DNA of 64,000 bases from Nitrosopumilus sp. Its GTDB lineage: Archaea; Thermoproteota; Nitrososphaeria; Nitrososphaerales; Nitrosopumilaceae. Below are positions 20,567-31,877 of the stretch, in pieces; positions within the stretch are counted from its first letter, which is position 1, and each line of letters opens with the position of its first letter. A model generated the notes under the pieces. It was not told the DNA's origin. It did no database searches and saw nothing but the letters and a program-made list of their open reading frames with translations. Location: assembly GCA_965197525.1 (NCBI GenBank), contig OZ240211.1:640001-704000 (forward strand), in the 5' to 3' direction. The position numbers were made by a program, and so were the translations under genes.

Positions 20567-21346
20567 ATGCAGTTGACTGTTCTGCCATTATTAGCACAAC
20601 GACAAAACAAAGAGTTTGATGTTACAGAGACACTCCTTGAGATGCTAAAAGATAACAGCAATCTCAAACTAGATGAAGGTGATGTAGTTGTCATCTCTAC
20701 AAAATATGTCTCAGTCTCACAAGGAAGAGTCATCAGCGCAGATAGAATAAATGCATCAGAGCAAGGATTAGAAATTTCAAAAAAATTTCACATGAGGCCA
20801 GAGGTTGCAGAGATCATCATAAGAGAGTCAGATAACATATTTGGTGGAATAGCAGGATTTGTGATAACATCAGCTGATAACATCATGGCGCCAAATGCAG
20901 GAATTGACAGATCAAATACAAAGACAGGTACTGTAGTTCTGTACCCAATAGAGCCATATCTTGTTGCAGAACAGATTAGACGAAAAATTTTTTTGACGTT
21001 ATCTGTTCACGTCGGAGTGATTCTAACAGATAGCAGACTGATGCCTGCAAGGATAGGTACAACAGGAGTCGCAGTAGCGTGTGCAGGAATAGAACCAGTG
21101 TTAGATATGAGGGCAAAAGAGGATCTTGATGGCAATACATTAAAGGTTACGTTTCAAGCAACAGCTGATAGTATTGCAACCATAGCAAACTACAAGATGG
21201 GAGAAGGTGCAGAGTCAAGACCGCTTGCAATAGTAAGGGATTCAGGGGCAAAAATGACAGATAGAAAGATAATGCCAGAAGAGACGGCAATATCCCCTGA
21301 TCAATGTGTCTATGTGCGAGGATTGTCATCTCATATAGACGTATAA
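20567..21346 (+). CDS. cofE: Coenzyme F420-0:gamma-glutamyl ligase
   Basis: GDVVVISTKYVSVSQG, NAGIDRSN, ILTDSRLMPARIG, GEGAES. Confidence 0.9.
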   Translation: MQLTVLPLLAQRQNKEFDVTETLLEMLKDNSNLKLDEGDVVVISTKYVSVSQGRVISADRINASEQGLEISKKFHMRPEVAEIIIRESDNIFGGIAGFVITSADNIMAPNAGIDRSNTKTGTVVLYPIEPYLVAEQIRRKIFLTLSVHVGVILTDSRLMPARIGTTGVAVACAGIEPVLDMRAKEDLDGNTLKVTFQATADSIATIANYKMGEGAESRPLAIVRDSGAKMTDRKIMPEETAISPDQCVYVRGLSSHIDV

Positions 21347-21727
21347 TAACAAGTTCACAAATAATTCCAGAATACTAAACCAAGTTTTTCATGACGCATG
21401 CAAATATACATCATTGACTGCTGCTAAAAGACGGATTATTTGGCTACTGAAATACATGTATAATGCGTATGTCTAATTGAGCCTGTGATTTGAATTGTTT
21501 GAACAGCATCTCTGACTAAAACACGAATCGCAATCAGACTGTATATGCGTGCGCGTGTAAGTTTTGTTTTTGACTAGACGTTGTTTAGCAAGAACACACA
21601 TCTATCCACAAGTGAAAAATATTAAATCAGAATGTATGTAATAGATTTAACGAATAGTATCGTTCAGAGGTTTTTATATATACGTGTATAAAACTGGACA
21701 TGATAAAATTAATAGATTTAATAAAGA

Positions 21728-22540
21728 TTGCACGTGGGTGTTTCCATGATAGAGAATCTCTGGCTTGTACTTTTGGGATTTGCTGCTGGAACTGCTGGAT
21801 CCATGGTAGGCTTTGGCGGCGGAATCATGATATCACCGGTTCTAGCATTTCTGGGATTCAATCCCGCAGTGATTGCAAGTAGCAGTCTGTTTGGCACGTT
21901 TGGCAACCTGGGAGGAGCTACACTCACACATGCAAAAAGGAAGAAGATCAAGTGGTCCCTAGGATTAAAACTAGGTCTTTTGTCGATTCCTGGTACTGCA
22001 ATAGGAGCCATTGCAGCTGCGTATACTGAATCAAATCTCTTCAACATCATGTTAGGCAGCATACTTGCAGTAAGTGCGTTCATGTTGGTAAGAGGCAAGA
22101 TGAAGGAGGGGAGACAGCACTCTATGAGATTCATGACAGTCATTATGGTCATAGCAAGCATGTCAGCTGGAATAGTATCTAGTTTCTTTGGCATTGGCGG
22201 AGGAGTGGTCATTGTACCATTTATGATACTCGTAATGGGAATGAAGATGAAGGAGGTGGCAATCATGTCACAGCCGGCGTTGTTAGTTATCGCCTTTGTA
22301 GGACTAGTAGTGCATGGAACACTTGGAAATCCGGACATATACCAAGGCATACCATTACTGATAGGAGGGTTCTGCGGAGGGTTATTGGGAGTCAGGCTAT
22401 CTACAAGACTAAAAGGCAGACAGATGCAGCTAATTCTCTCAGCGTTGATATTCAGTGCATCTGCAAGGCTAATCTGGGAATTTGCAGAAGACGTATATCA
22501 AGGCACGTTCCTTGCATTGAGTCGGATGCTGTCAAGCTAG
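21728..22540 (+). CDS. TauE/SafE (sulfite exporter) family membrane protein
   Basis: Two repeats of G(F/I)GGG, about 8 TM segments. Confidence 0.85.
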   Translation: MHVGVSMIENLWLVLLGFAAGTAGSMVGFGGGIMISPVLAFLGFNPAVIASSSLFGTFGNLGGATLTHAKRKKIKWSLGLKLGLLSIPGTAIGAIAAAYTESNLFNIMLGSILAVSAFMLVRGKMKEGRQHSMRFMTVIMVIASMSAGIVSSFFGIGGGVVIVPFMILVMGMKMKEVAIMSQPALLVIAFVGLVVHGTLGNPDIYQGIPLLIGGFCGGLLGVRLSTRLKGRQMQLILSALIFSASARLIWEFAEDVYQGTFLALSRMLSS

Positions 22541-22896
22541 ACAGCGTTCCTGCGTTACATATAGTAATCTGATTGATTCAACAGTAAATCTACAAGATGG
22601 TGTTAGGTGTATTCTAGAATATTTGAAGCAAACAGGATGTACCTGCCTTTGCAACACTGGAGCTGAGTACAAGAGGAACGAGCATCAGGCAAAACATGAC
22701 AGCCGGTGTCAGAATATTACGCCATTTTGAAAATATGCGTCACGTGTTATCTCAACACATCAGGACATCAAGACCAAAGCTTGATGTGATTAGATATATT
22801 GGCAGAGAATCACGATTCTGACGAATTTTTTACTGACAGTATAATTTGCACACTTTCATTTGCAAAGAAACTGGTATTTAAGAAATACTTCAATAC

Positions 22897-24196
22897 CAGT
22901 AGTCGGAAATGTACTCCCTAAATCAACCAACAGATGTTCTCAATTATGTTAACATTCTTCGAACATACTGATCTATTACCTACAGTGCCCTTACCCACCT
23001 TAGTGTTTCAGCAAAAAGGTGGGCAGGTACACCACAATAAGATTGGAGAAAGGATACTTAATACCTTGTCAGGAATACTAGAGTCTGCACCCATAGGATT
23101 CTCTACGAGGAACAATGCCCAATACGGGGTAAGCGAGTTTGCAGCCATACTGATGAAGATGTCTGAATCCAACATAGCCTCCGAGGAGGCAATCCGGCTG
23201 CTCAAGCACGCCAAAAAGAGGATGCCGTCGCCCAAGTGGTTTCGCAACATGATAAACTCGCTGGAATCAGACAGTGCAGACGAACTCTGCATGGATATGA
23301 TCACACGCACCGCAAGGCTTGCCAAGAATACGTGCCGGTACAAGGGGGGCGTACTAGTAGCAATAGATAAACACCTGATACCAAGGCACGACAAGGACAA
23401 CATGTCACATCTGACAAGATCCAAACCAAAGGGCGGTACAAGCAAGTTCGAGTGTTACGCAACAATGCATGTGGTAGCAGAACAGGTTCCGGCCATTTTG
23501 GAGTGCATGCAGGTCACGCGCAGCGTGGATGACGCCGATTTTGTGCGTAAATTCGTGCAAAAACTCAGGGATTACAGGATACGGGCCCGGTTGCTGCTGA
23601 TGGGCCGCGAGTTTTACTCGACTGAGATAATCAAGCTTGTATCAGAACAGAGACACAAGTTCCTGATGCCGGCAGTCAAGAACACGGGGATAAAGAGGGT
23701 GATACGGGAGCATCACGATAAATTACGCAAGGCAGTCTCACAGTACACCATCAGAAACGCAGCAGGCCAGTCTGCCACATTCACATTGATAATCACGCCC
23801 TCAAAAAAGATAGACGACTCTGATGCCGACACCCTGGAAAGATATCATGTCTTTGCCACCAACCTTTCCACGACCAGGGCACTAGACGAGATTGAAACGC
23901 TTCCAGAGGAGTACAGGAGAAGGTGGGGGATAGAGACAGGATACAAGCAGGTCGAACAGGTGCGTCCGAGGACAACAAGTCGCAATGCGTCGTTTAGGGC
24001 AGTCATGTTTTACGTCTCGCTGTTCATGTATAACACGTGGGCAGTAGAGCAGTACCGTGAAGATTCGAGTTATGATCGGGTAACTCTGGCACTTGTCGCA
24101 TATGCTGCGGCAATGGCTGCATTGGAATTATGTAGGATTGTGGGTCAACCATATGATGTCGGAGGATCTGCCTAAGGGGTAAATTTCCGACTACTG
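22897..24196 (+). mobile_element. ISH3-like (IS4 superfamily) insertion sequence, 1300 bp
   Basis: TIRs CAGTAGTCGGAAATGTACTCC (22897) and reverse-complement CAGTAGTCGGAAATTTACCCC (24196), first 14 bp identical; GC-richer than flanks; no target duplication seen. Confidence 0.8.
22934..24175 (+). CDS. ISH3-like DDE transposase, second catalytic Asp apparently replaced by Gly
   Basis: VAIDKH (D1), LLLMGREF where DRxF is expected, YRRRWGIETGYK (E). Confidence 0.8.
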   Translation: MFSIMLTFFEHTDLLPTVPLPTLVFQQKGGQVHHNKIGERILNTLSGILESAPIGFSTRNNAQYGVSEFAAILMKMSESNIASEEAIRLLKHAKKRMPSPKWFRNMINSLESDSADELCMDMITRTARLAKNTCRYKGGVLVAIDKHLIPRHDKDNMSHLTRSKPKGGTSKFECYATMHVVAEQVPAILECMQVTRSVDDADFVRKFVQKLRDYRIRARLLLMGREFYSTEIIKLVSEQRHKFLMPAVKNTGIKRVIREHHDKLRKAVSQYTIRNAAGQSATFTLIITPSKKIDDSDADTLERYHVFATNLSTTRALDEIETLPEEYRRRWGIETGYKQVEQVRPRTTSRNASFRAVMFYVSLFMYNTWAVEQYREDSSYDRVTLALVAYAAAMAALELCRIVGQPYDVGGSA

Positions 24197-24793
24197 ATGT
24201 TAGCTTCTGCTTTAAATATAGCAGTTTGTTTTAAAAAAATAATGGAATATCTTACAACATATCCCAAGACAGTTTCATTTTTTGATGGAATAAAACACAA
24301 AATTAACGTAGATAGCAAAAGCGGAGTAGAACAACTCCATATTGTAGTACGAAAAAGTTTTGAGGAGCTGACAAAAATTTTTGCAGAAGAGGGTTTCACC
24401 AAAGTCAAATTAGAGCACAAGCAGCCGGACCAAATTGGAAATGGTCTAAATTTAAAACTACGAAAGCCTTGGGAGATGCATGTCAGAATGGTGGATTTAA
24501 AGAAAGGGTTAATTGGTATCCACGCAGAAGTAGAAGTCTCTAGAGATTACTTGCAACACCTGTTCTCTCAGAGAACGCCTGTGATATATGAAGTAGAAGA
24601 GATCCTAAAAAAGTATCAAGTTGATTATAACATTTGGCACGACAGAATCAAAAAGAATGTCAACAGTATTGTAGATAACTACAAAGTCAAACTCACAACA
24701 CCTAGCATACCAGTATTTGCATGGAAGCCAATGCTATTTGTAATTGGTACAATCGGGATCTTTTACGGCTGGAAATACTTTAACACAATATAG
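24197..24793 (+). CDS. Hypothetical protein with C-terminal TM helix; likely start ATG 24242
   Basis: ORF track; PWEMHVR motif; hydrophobic C-terminus. Confidence 0.7.
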   Translation: MLASALNIAVCFKKIMEYLTTYPKTVSFFDGIKHKINVDSKSGVEQLHIVVRKSFEELTKIFAEEGFTKVKLEHKQPDQIGNGLNLKLRKPWEMHVRMVDLKKGLIGIHAEVEVSRDYLQHLFSQRTPVIYEVEEILKKYQVDYNIWHDRIKKNVNSIVDNYKVKLTTPSIPVFAWKPMLFVIGTIGIFYGWKYFNTI

Positions 24794-24858
24794 AAAAATT
24801 TAACGTTTAGGAAAAATTTACAAAACGCACTATACAACCGTTTCAGGCGAGTTTAATG

Positions 24859-25191
24859 TTATACACCCAACGTTTCAGCTTTGGTCAATTCCAAAAAGAC
24901 CTTGTCTCCAACTGACAGGCCCATATCCTTGTATTCATGCATGTCAAGTTTTAGTTGAGTAATTCCAGATTGCATTCCCATGCCACCTGCACCCATCCCA
25001 GACATCATCTTGTTTAGATCTTTCATCATGTCATTCATGTTTGAGAATCCCATAACCTTGGGACCATCAAAAGGTGACGGAGGATTTTGAGGCCCATCTT
25101 TCAGATCCTTCATCGAGGATAACGAAACTACAACATATGGGGCTCCATCTTGTGCCGAATCAATACTCTTTACGACAAATTCTTTCTTCAT
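24859..25191 (-). CDS. Hypothetical protein (Met/Gly-rich middle)
   Basis: 110-aa ORF with protein-like composition. Confidence 0.7.
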   Translation of the reverse strand: MKKEFVVKSIDSAQDGAPYVVVSLSSMKDLKDGPQNPPSPFDGPKVMGFSNMNDMMKDLNKMMSGMGAGGMGMQSGITQLKLDMHEYKDMGLSVGDKVFLELTKAETLGV

Positions 25192-25481
25192 GTAGAGGGT
25201 CAGTATTTACATAATTTAAAATTTAAGATAAAATTATATAAATTTGGCAGAATTTAGAGATTCATCATCAGATTATGTAGACGCGCATATAGACAATAAA
25301 GGTTTTAAGATACATATCACAGAACTGTCCGAGTATGTTTGTAAGCGATAGTACGCCGTCCTGAGTATATGAAATCGAGCAACAAAACAGATCAAGCCCA
25401 ACGCCAATAATCATATACAGAGACTCTAGTTTTTTTCCACATAGCAATACTTTCAAATACAATTTCAAGTATCAGAAACCA

Positions 25482-26030
25482 GTGACAGAAAAGCTAAAGA
25501 CAACACTACGATACTATGGAGTATCACCTTGGGAGATTGAAGTGCTATACGGACTACTAAACTCTCATTTTACAATAGTTCAAGAGGAGACAGAGATAGA
25601 TGACGAACGATTTGTAAGCTCTCTTAACATTAACATCCCACTTGCGTTCAATGAAGCATTTTTTCAGTGGTTTGATTTTAAGCGATGGGAGAAGGTCAAA
25701 TCAGTCTTCAAAGAGATGAAACGCAGAAGAGGTAGCAAGAATGCTTTGAAGATCAGAGTTAATTTTTCAGGAAGACAGAACATTGGTTTTACGATAGATA
25801 GTGAGGACAAACATTGGTTTAACAACGCATTAGAGAAGATTGACGCAGTGTTAGAGATGTTGCCATACCACCTAAATTCTGAAAAGATGCCAGCATATAT
25901 TACAGATATCACATACAAGTTTGATTCAAAGATAGCCAGATGGCAGTTAGATACTGCAGTATCATCGTCTCAAAACAAGAGATACACATTTAACAATAAC
26001 AGTAAAGGATGGGACGAGGTCATCACCTAA
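25482..26030 (+). CDS. Hypothetical protein
   Basis: 182-aa ORF, GTG start. Confidence 0.7.
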   Translation: MTEKLKTTLRYYGVSPWEIEVLYGLLNSHFTIVQEETEIDDERFVSSLNINIPLAFNEAFFQWFDFKRWEKVKSVFKEMKRRRGSKNALKIRVNFSGRQNIGFTIDSEDKHWFNNALEKIDAVLEMLPYHLNSEKMPAYITDITYKFDSKIARWQLDTAVSSSQNKRYTFNNNSKGWDEVIT

Positions 26031-26463
26031 GATCCTTTTGTAGCGGTTCTAACAATCTGTGTAGTTCCTGATATTTTGATTCTATAAATTCCAAGGCTGC
26101 AACCAGTTTTTTTGATTTCCCATACTTGTAACGAATCAGTTCACGATGATGCCAAAACGTCTTATTACCATCAAGTGACGATAAAGTGGTAAAATAGTCA
26201 GGCCCCTTCAGATCATCAGGTAGTGACATGTCATAAGGGAATAGCATATCAACTATAAACCACTCATCGGCGTCAGGATAGTCAATGCCAGTATCTATAT
26301 CAAAGAATACATGTAACAAGTCAGACTGCATAAGCCCATCATCACTGATAACGGGATGTTTCACAGAAGATCTTTTAAAATCAAGATGAATCAGTTGTGG
26401 TTCAAAGAATCCTTGAATTATAGACTTGCGAAATATTCTGTTCGCTGTAGCAATGTTCAACAA
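26023..26463 (-). CDS. Hypothetical protein
   Basis: 146-aa ORF downstream of korB on the same strand. Confidence 0.7.
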   Translation of the reverse strand: MLNIATANRIFRKSIIQGFFEPQLIHLDFKRSSVKHPVISDDGLMQSDLLHVFFDIDTGIDYPDADEWFIVDMLFPYDMSLPDDLKGPDYFTTLSSLDGNKTFWHHRELIRYKYGKSKKLVAALEFIESKYQELHRLLEPLQKDLR

Positions 26464-26508
26464 TGTGATTATTAATAACTAGTCTATAACTTGTTAGGTA
26501 AGAAAGTG

Positions 26509-27489
26509 TTAAATCTTCAAAGAATCGAGAATTTCAGATATGTCTGATGTTGGGGCACCATAACCATCGCTATCTGTATCTTTTGATATCTTCTGCTTGG
26601 CAGGAGGGTTTTCAAGATAATGAGGAATTTTGTCAGTCAATCTAGTAGCAAATGGAGAGATGAGATCATTTTTGTAAAAGATGCCAGTCGGTATCTTGTC
26701 ACCCCATTCAAGGGACTTGGCTAAGGCTTGAGACAGCTTTTCGTTGACTTGATCCTCATCATTATAATGGACTACAGGATCATATCCAATATCCTCTAGT
26801 TTGTAGATTCTTGAATGCCGTTTTAGGGACTCTTGGGCCATATCAACACTTGCGTACCAATCGCGGGTATTGATATCATTGTATGTAGGACATGGTTGTA
26901 GAACGTCAAGAAAGGACAAGCCGCGGTGTTTGACTGCTTGGATAATCAAATCTTTGAGATGTCGGACATCATAAGAATAGCCTCTTGCAACGAACGTAAA
27001 TCCGCTTGCCACTGCAAGACCGATTGGATTAACATTGTAATTTGTGTTAGGTGTTGGAAGGGATTTTGTCTTTTCACCTAGTTTCAACGTGGGAGATGCT
27101 TGCCCTTTGGTCAAACCGTACACGCCATTATCAAATATGATATAAGTCATATCCACATTTCGTCTGCCAGCTGCTACAAAATGTCCTGCACCAATTCCCA
27201 GACCGTCACCGTCACCCCCTACTGCAACTACAGTCATCTCAGGATTTGCAAGTTTTCCGCCTTGCGCAAACGTAAGAACCCTACCATGTAATGTATGGAC
27301 ACCGTATGTGTTGATGTAATGTGACGTCTTGCCAGAGCAGCCAATTCCAGAAAAGATGACTGCTTTGTCTCGGGTTATGCCCATCTCAGCTAATGCCATC
27401 TGCAAGGCATTTACAATTCCAAAATCACCACACCCTGGACACCAATCATTGTGCACATCAGTTTTGTAGTCAGCTAGTTTAAGCGCCAT
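26509..27489 (-). CDS. korB: 2-oxoacid:ferredoxin oxidoreductase beta subunit
   Basis: WCPGCGD, SGIGCS, GGDGD...[14 protein letters not shown] motif. Substrate specificity not determinable. Confidence 0.9.
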   Translation of the reverse strand: MALKLADYKTDVHNDWCPGCGDFGIVNALQMALAEMGITRDKAVIFSGIGCSGKTSHYINTYGVHTLHGRVLTFAQGGKLANPEMTVVAVGGDGDGLGIGAGHFVAAGRRNVDMTYIIFDNGVYGLTKGQASPTLKLGEKTKSLPTPNTNYNVNPIGLAVASGFTFVARGYSYDVRHLKDLIIQAVKHRGLSFLDVLQPCPTYNDINTRDWYASVDMAQESLKRHSRIYKLEDIGYDPVVHYNDEDQVNEKLSQALAKSLEWGDKIPTGIFYKNDLISPFATRLTDKIPHYLENPPAKQKISKDTDSDGYGAPTSDISEILDSLKI

Positions 27490-29410
27490 GACTTAGAATC
27501 TCCCTTTTGTTGGCCTTGTTTTGGACTATGTTTTTTAATGAATCATAAATTTCGGTGCTAGTCATTCCACGTCCCGTATATTTCAGGATATGGTAATCAA
27601 TCTCCCTAGATATGTTTTGATGGAATATCTTTCCAAACTGTCCAGAGTAGTTTGCCTCAATGTCAATTATTATCTGGGCGTCTTGGAGCAACGATTTGAC
27701 GGGTTCTGTAGGAAATGGATGAATTAGTTTTATCTGTAAAAAGCCAATGTCGTGTATGCCATCTCTCTTTAACATATTCAATGCATCAATTATGGGACCC
27801 TTAGTCGACCCCCAAGAGATTATCGTGTATTTCTGCACGCCAAAGGATACTACTTGTTGATCCAACGGGATCTGCCGAGTAACCAAGTCAAGTTTTGACA
27901 TTCTCTTCTCCATCATCTGCATGCGAATCTGAGGATCCTCAGATATGTGCCCGTACTCGTCTGACTCGTCGCCTGTGTTCCAGAAGACGCCATTATCAAG
28001 TCCCAGTCTAGAACGAGGAGAGATATTGTCATCTTCATCAAGTGCAAATCTCTTATAGTCGTCAGTAGTAGCAGCAGGTATCTCATCTAGTAGTTTGCCT
28101 CTGTTGATACTTACCTTTCCTGACTGGAATCTATTACATGTAAGAACAGAGGTAGCGAGGAATTTATCCATCATGTGAATTACAGGGATTTGATACATAT
28201 CAGAATAGTTAAAACAGTTTGCAGTGTCATAGAAACTCTCCTCAACATCTCCTGAGGCATAGACAATCTTTGCAAAGTCTCCACATCCTGCAAATACAGT
28301 AAACAGTAGATCGTCTTGTCCGTGCCTAGTTGGGAGACCAGTAGAGGGTCCACTTCGTTGGTACATTGTAATAACCAAAGGGACTTCATTGATTCCTGCC
28401 CACCCCAAGGCTTCAGTCATCAATGCAAATCCTGGACCGGATGTACAGGTAGATGAACGTGTTCCAGTTAACGCAGAACCAATCGTCATTCCAATAGCTG
28501 ATATCTCATCTTCAGTTTGTATTACAGCAGTACACCCCAATCTGTCATTGTGAACTTTGACTATCTCGTTGGCCTCAAGATAATTGCTCTCATCAGAGGC
28601 AGGAGTAATAGGATAAAACGGCTGAAATCTACAACCAGCAACAATCTTCCCAAGTGCCGTACCATAATAACCTTGAACAAGGATGGTATCTGACTGTTTT
28701 GTAGTTCCAGTCAGAGTATGATGACCAAACTCATCAAATGTGGTATCAGCATAGTTGTAAGAGAATGTTGCTGTCTGTTGATTAAGTGTTGCAATTTTAG
28801 GTTTTTTTGAGAATATACTAGCAATAGAGTCAAGAAGAGGCGGCATAGGTACTTTGACTAGCCCCAAAGACAGGGAAACACCAATAACGTTATACATTCT
28901 AACCAGATTGCGTAACCTTGGATTATCATATTGGGTTGCAAGATCAGATAGAATCTTCTTAAAGGATACAGGGTATAGTTTAATGCCTTTCTCTTGGGCA
29001 AGCTCCAAGACGCCCAAAATTGTAAACGGTTTATTCTTGGATTCTAGGTATCGGTGTAATCTCTCTTGGAACGGTGTATCAAGTGTATTGACACGTCCAG
29101 TATCTATTGATTCCAGATCAGAGTCATATATTATGGCACCGCCAGGCGCAACTTCGTTAAAATGTCTAAATATAGTTTCAGCATCAAATGATACCATAAG
29201 GTTTACATCATTCAGATTCGAGTGTACTGGTTCATCGGAGACTCTAACGATGAAATAACTATGTTCGCCTTTGATGTTTGAATAGAACTCTCTTTTACCA
29301 AATATTTGGTATCCTATATCAGCGCAGACCTTGGAGAAGATGTTTGCACCTGATTCAACGCCACTACCTTGTGGACCTCCTATCAGCCAAGAGAAATCAG
29401 TAGAACTCAT
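27479..29410 (-). CDS. korA: 2-oxoacid:ferredoxin oxidoreductase alpha (fused gamma-alpha) subunit
   Basis: [38 protein letters not shown]. Confidence 0.9.
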   Translation of the reverse strand: MSSTDFSWLIGGPQGSGVESGANIFSKVCADIGYQIFGKREFYSNIKGEHSYFIVRVSDEPVHSNLNDVNLMVSFDAETIFRHFNEVAPGGAIIYDSDLESIDTGRVNTLDTPFQERLHRYLESKNKPFTILGVLELAQEKGIKLYPVSFKKILSDLATQYDNPRLRNLVRMYNVIGVSLSLGLVKVPMPPLLDSIASIFSKKPKIATLNQQTATFSYNYADTTFDEFGHHTLTGTTKQSDTILVQGYYGTALGKIVAGCRFQPFYPITPASDESNYLEANEIVKVHNDRLGCTAVIQTEDEISAIGMTIGSALTGTRSSTCTSGPGFALMTEALGWAGINEVPLVITMYQRSGPSTGLPTRHGQDDLLFTVFAGCGDFAKIVYASGDVEESFYDTANCFNYSDMYQIPVIHMMDKFLATSVLTCNRFQSGKVSINRGKLLDEIPAATTDDYKRFALDEDDNISPRSRLGLDNGVFWNTGDESDEYGHISEDPQIRMQMMEKRMSKLDLVTRQIPLDQQVVSFGVQKYTIISWGSTKGPIIDALNMLKRDGIHDIGFLQIKLIHPFPTEPVKSLLQDAQIIIDIEANYSGQFGKIFHQNISREIDYHILKYTGRGMTSTEIYDSLKNIVQNKANKREILSHGA

Positions 29411-29459
29411 AGATATTCATTAACTCCGTATGATTTAACAGCATTACCAAACAATGAGA

Positions 29460-29633
29460 TCACCCACCAGTAGCTGCATCAAATAAGGCGCATTCGCATT
29501 TATCACGTTCGCCGCAGTAAGGACAGACGCATGCACACATCTCAAGAGAGTTTCTACATTCTACGCATAAAGCAAACTCTTCATCTTCACCCTCGTTTGG
29601 CGTTTCTTTGTTAATGCTAGTGTTTGACGACAT
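29460..29633 (-). CDS. Small Cys-rich putative Zn-finger protein
   Basis: CVEC...CACVCPYC...CEC; start moved to ATG 29633. Confidence 0.6.
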   Translation of the reverse strand: MSSNTSINKETPNEGEDEEFALCVECRNSLEMCACVCPYCGERDKCECALFDAATGG

Positions 29634-29678
29634 TACAATATATAGAAATAGATCGTATAAATGGGTTAAGGTTGACAG

Positions 29679-30650
29679 GTGCAACATATGAAAAAGAAGA
29701 TTTTACTTACAAGAACCATACAAGATTTTGCGCTGAAAAGATTAAGACACAGATACCAAGTAGAGGTTCATTCAGGCAAGATTCCCATTCCAAAAAAAGT
29801 TTTACAGTCAAAGATAAGAGATGCAGAAGGACTGATCTGCTTTCCATACGATATGATCACAAGAGAGGTGATAGACAATGCAAAAGGGTTAAAGGTTATA
29901 AGCACATTCAGCGTCGGTTTTGATCACATAGACATACAATATGCCAAGGAAAAGAATATCCGCATAGGCTATACGCCAAATGTGTTAACAGATGCTACAG
30001 CTGATCTGGCATTTGCACTGTTGCTTGACATAGCAAAAAGAGTCTCAGAAGGAGACAGAATAGTCAGAGATAGGGGATGGACCAAAGTTTATGGACCAAC
30101 AGAACAACTAGGAGTAGACCTGCAAGATAAGACTATTGGCATTTTGGGGTTGGGAAGAATTGGTAGGATGTTAGCCAAGAGAGCAGTAGCATTTGATATG
30201 AAGGTAATATATCATAATACCAGACGTCTACCTGAATCCAAAGAAAAGTCACTGCATGCAAAGTATGTATCCTTTGAAAAACTGGTAAAAGACAGTGATT
30301 TTCTCTCAATTCACGTACCACATACTAGGCAAACCAATCAGTTAATTGACATGAAAGTTTTTGCAAAGATGAAGAGCACAGCATATCTAATCAATACTGC
30401 TAGAGGAAAGATTGTCAACGAAGAGGATTTAGTACAAGCCTTAAAGAAGAAGATTATTGCAGGGGCGGGGCTTGATGTGTTTGAAGAAGAGCCAATAAAC
30501 AAAATGAGCCCATTGGCAAGATTAGAGAATGCGGTATTGACACCACATATTGGGAGTGCCACAAATGAAACGAGGGCCAAGATGGCAGAACTTGCAATAA
30601 AAAACTTGAACCGAGGAATACAAGGCAAACGACCAGTTTTTTCAGTGTGA
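29679..30650 (+). CDS. D-2-hydroxyacid dehydrogenase (glyoxylate reductase-like)
   Basis: SVGFDHID, GLGRIG, INTARG, LDVFEEEP, TPHIGSAT. Confidence 0.9.
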   Translation: MQHMKKKILLTRTIQDFALKRLRHRYQVEVHSGKIPIPKKVLQSKIRDAEGLICFPYDMITREVIDNAKGLKVISTFSVGFDHIDIQYAKEKNIRIGYTPNVLTDATADLAFALLLDIAKRVSEGDRIVRDRGWTKVYGPTEQLGVDLQDKTIGILGLGRIGRMLAKRAVAFDMKVIYHNTRRLPESKEKSLHAKYVSFEKLVKDSDFLSIHVPHTRQTNQLIDMKVFAKMKSTAYLINTARGKIVNEEDLVQALKKKIIAGAGLDVFEEEPINKMSPLARLENAVLTPHIGSATNETRAKMAELAIKNLNRGIQGKRPVFSV

Positions 30651-30719
30651 TGATATTCCAGACTAATAGAATAGCAAAAAATGTTCAGTTTTTATAACTA
30701 GAGTACAAGTGATATTATA

Positions 30720-30854
30720 TTGAAAAAATTCAAGCATACTAATGAAGAATTAGAATTAGCTAAACTAGAAACTGAGAAATCAAAAAAGAAGAAGAAGAAG
30801 AGTGAAGAAACAAAAGATTCACAAAAGCAAGAACAGCAACAGACTCAAGACTAG
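30720..30854 (+). CDS. Small charged hypothetical protein (44 aa)
   Basis: Manual translation from TTG: MKKFKHTNEELELAKLETEKSKKKKKKSEETKDSQKQEQQQTQD; below ORF-track cutoff. Confidence 0.4.
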   Translation: MKKFKHTNEELELAKLETEKSKKKKKKSEETKDSQKQEQQQTQD

Positions 30855-30889
30855 GCAACCCTTGTCCTTGTCTTCAGACAAGGTTTTTT

Positions 30890-31354
30890 TTAAAACTTTA
30901 ATTCAGAGCCGTATCTATGTTGGAGTTCACGGTAGATTGCATCTCTTTGCAGAATTAGTTGTTTAGAATCGTCATACATCTTTGTAAAGAATGCTGCAAA
31001 AACACGATTGCCGCTTGCGTCAAAGAAACGTACAGAGTAACTGGTACGTTGTGGTTTCTGTTCTTGTATGAACTCAGCGGAGCGTATCAACTCTGAATTG
31101 ATGTGCATGTGTGCGGGTCCGTCATTGTTACCTATAGTTATCCATTTTTCTCTCTGTTTTATGGTATCAAGGAAATTACTTTTAATCTCACTAATTGCGT
31201 TGTTGGCTATGCTGCTGCTACTAGCATTACTGCCATTATTGTCGGTACTAGTACTAGTACTAGTAGTATCATTACTCACGTTTTGTACAATAAACAAGAT
31301 ATCATCAACCTTTACTAGGTCAGACAACAGTTGTAATAGCATGGACATGGTCAA
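30890..31354 (-). CDS. ChuX/HutX-like heme-utilisation domain protein with low-complexity insert
   Basis: AISEIK...HMHIN...SYSVRFFDASGNRVFAAF pattern. Confidence 0.6.
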   Translation of the reverse strand: MTMSMLLQLLSDLVKVDDILFIVQNVSNDTTSTSTSTDNNGSNASSSSIANNAISEIKSNFLDTIKQREKWITIGNNDGPAHMHINSELIRSAEFIQEQKPQRTSYSVRFFDASGNRVFAAFFTKMYDDSKQLILQRDAIYRELQHRYGSELKF

Positions 31355-31362
31355 AGTTAAAA

Positions 31363-31707
31363 TTATTGTAGTTTTTGGGAGCTGCCCAACTGTATGAGAT
31401 CGTTTACGTTACCATTATGATTAGCATCATCATCAACATCAACATGAATGCAGTCAGTACCCACAGCCTTCACAGGAGAAAAGCTGACTGTGCCGTCACG
31501 AATTTTTCCTTGTTTTTGTAAAATGCCAATCTTGCCTGATACAACGAGTTTGTGCCTCTTGCATGTTAGTCCAACCATAAATTCGTCTTGACTATTACCA
31601 CTACTACTGCTAGTAGCAGTACCGTCTGCAATAATTGATACAATAAATTCAGGAGGATCAACACATTGTCTTCCTTTCTCAGTTACAGAGCATTTGTCAG
31701 GGAGCAT
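31363..31707 (-). CDS. Hypothetical protein
   Basis: 114-aa ORF with Cys/His cluster. Confidence 0.6.
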   Translation of the reverse strand: MLPDKCSVTEKGRQCVDPPEFIVSIIADGTATSSSSGNSQDEFMVGLTCKRHKLVVSGKIGILQKQGKIRDGTVSFSPVKAVGTDCIHVDVDDDANHNGNVNDLIQLGSSQKLQ

Positions 31708-31877
31708 TCAAGGTGTAGTAATTTTTGTCAGTTATTAAGATTGATTCCAGATATTCACTAGTTTCATATTTAAAAAACAAGCAAAAAGACGTTATTGTAT
31801 CCTGATATATTCTTCAATCTCAAAAACAGAATGAGTACATTCAATTTATTACAAATAAAAATCAAGATTGAGAGCTG

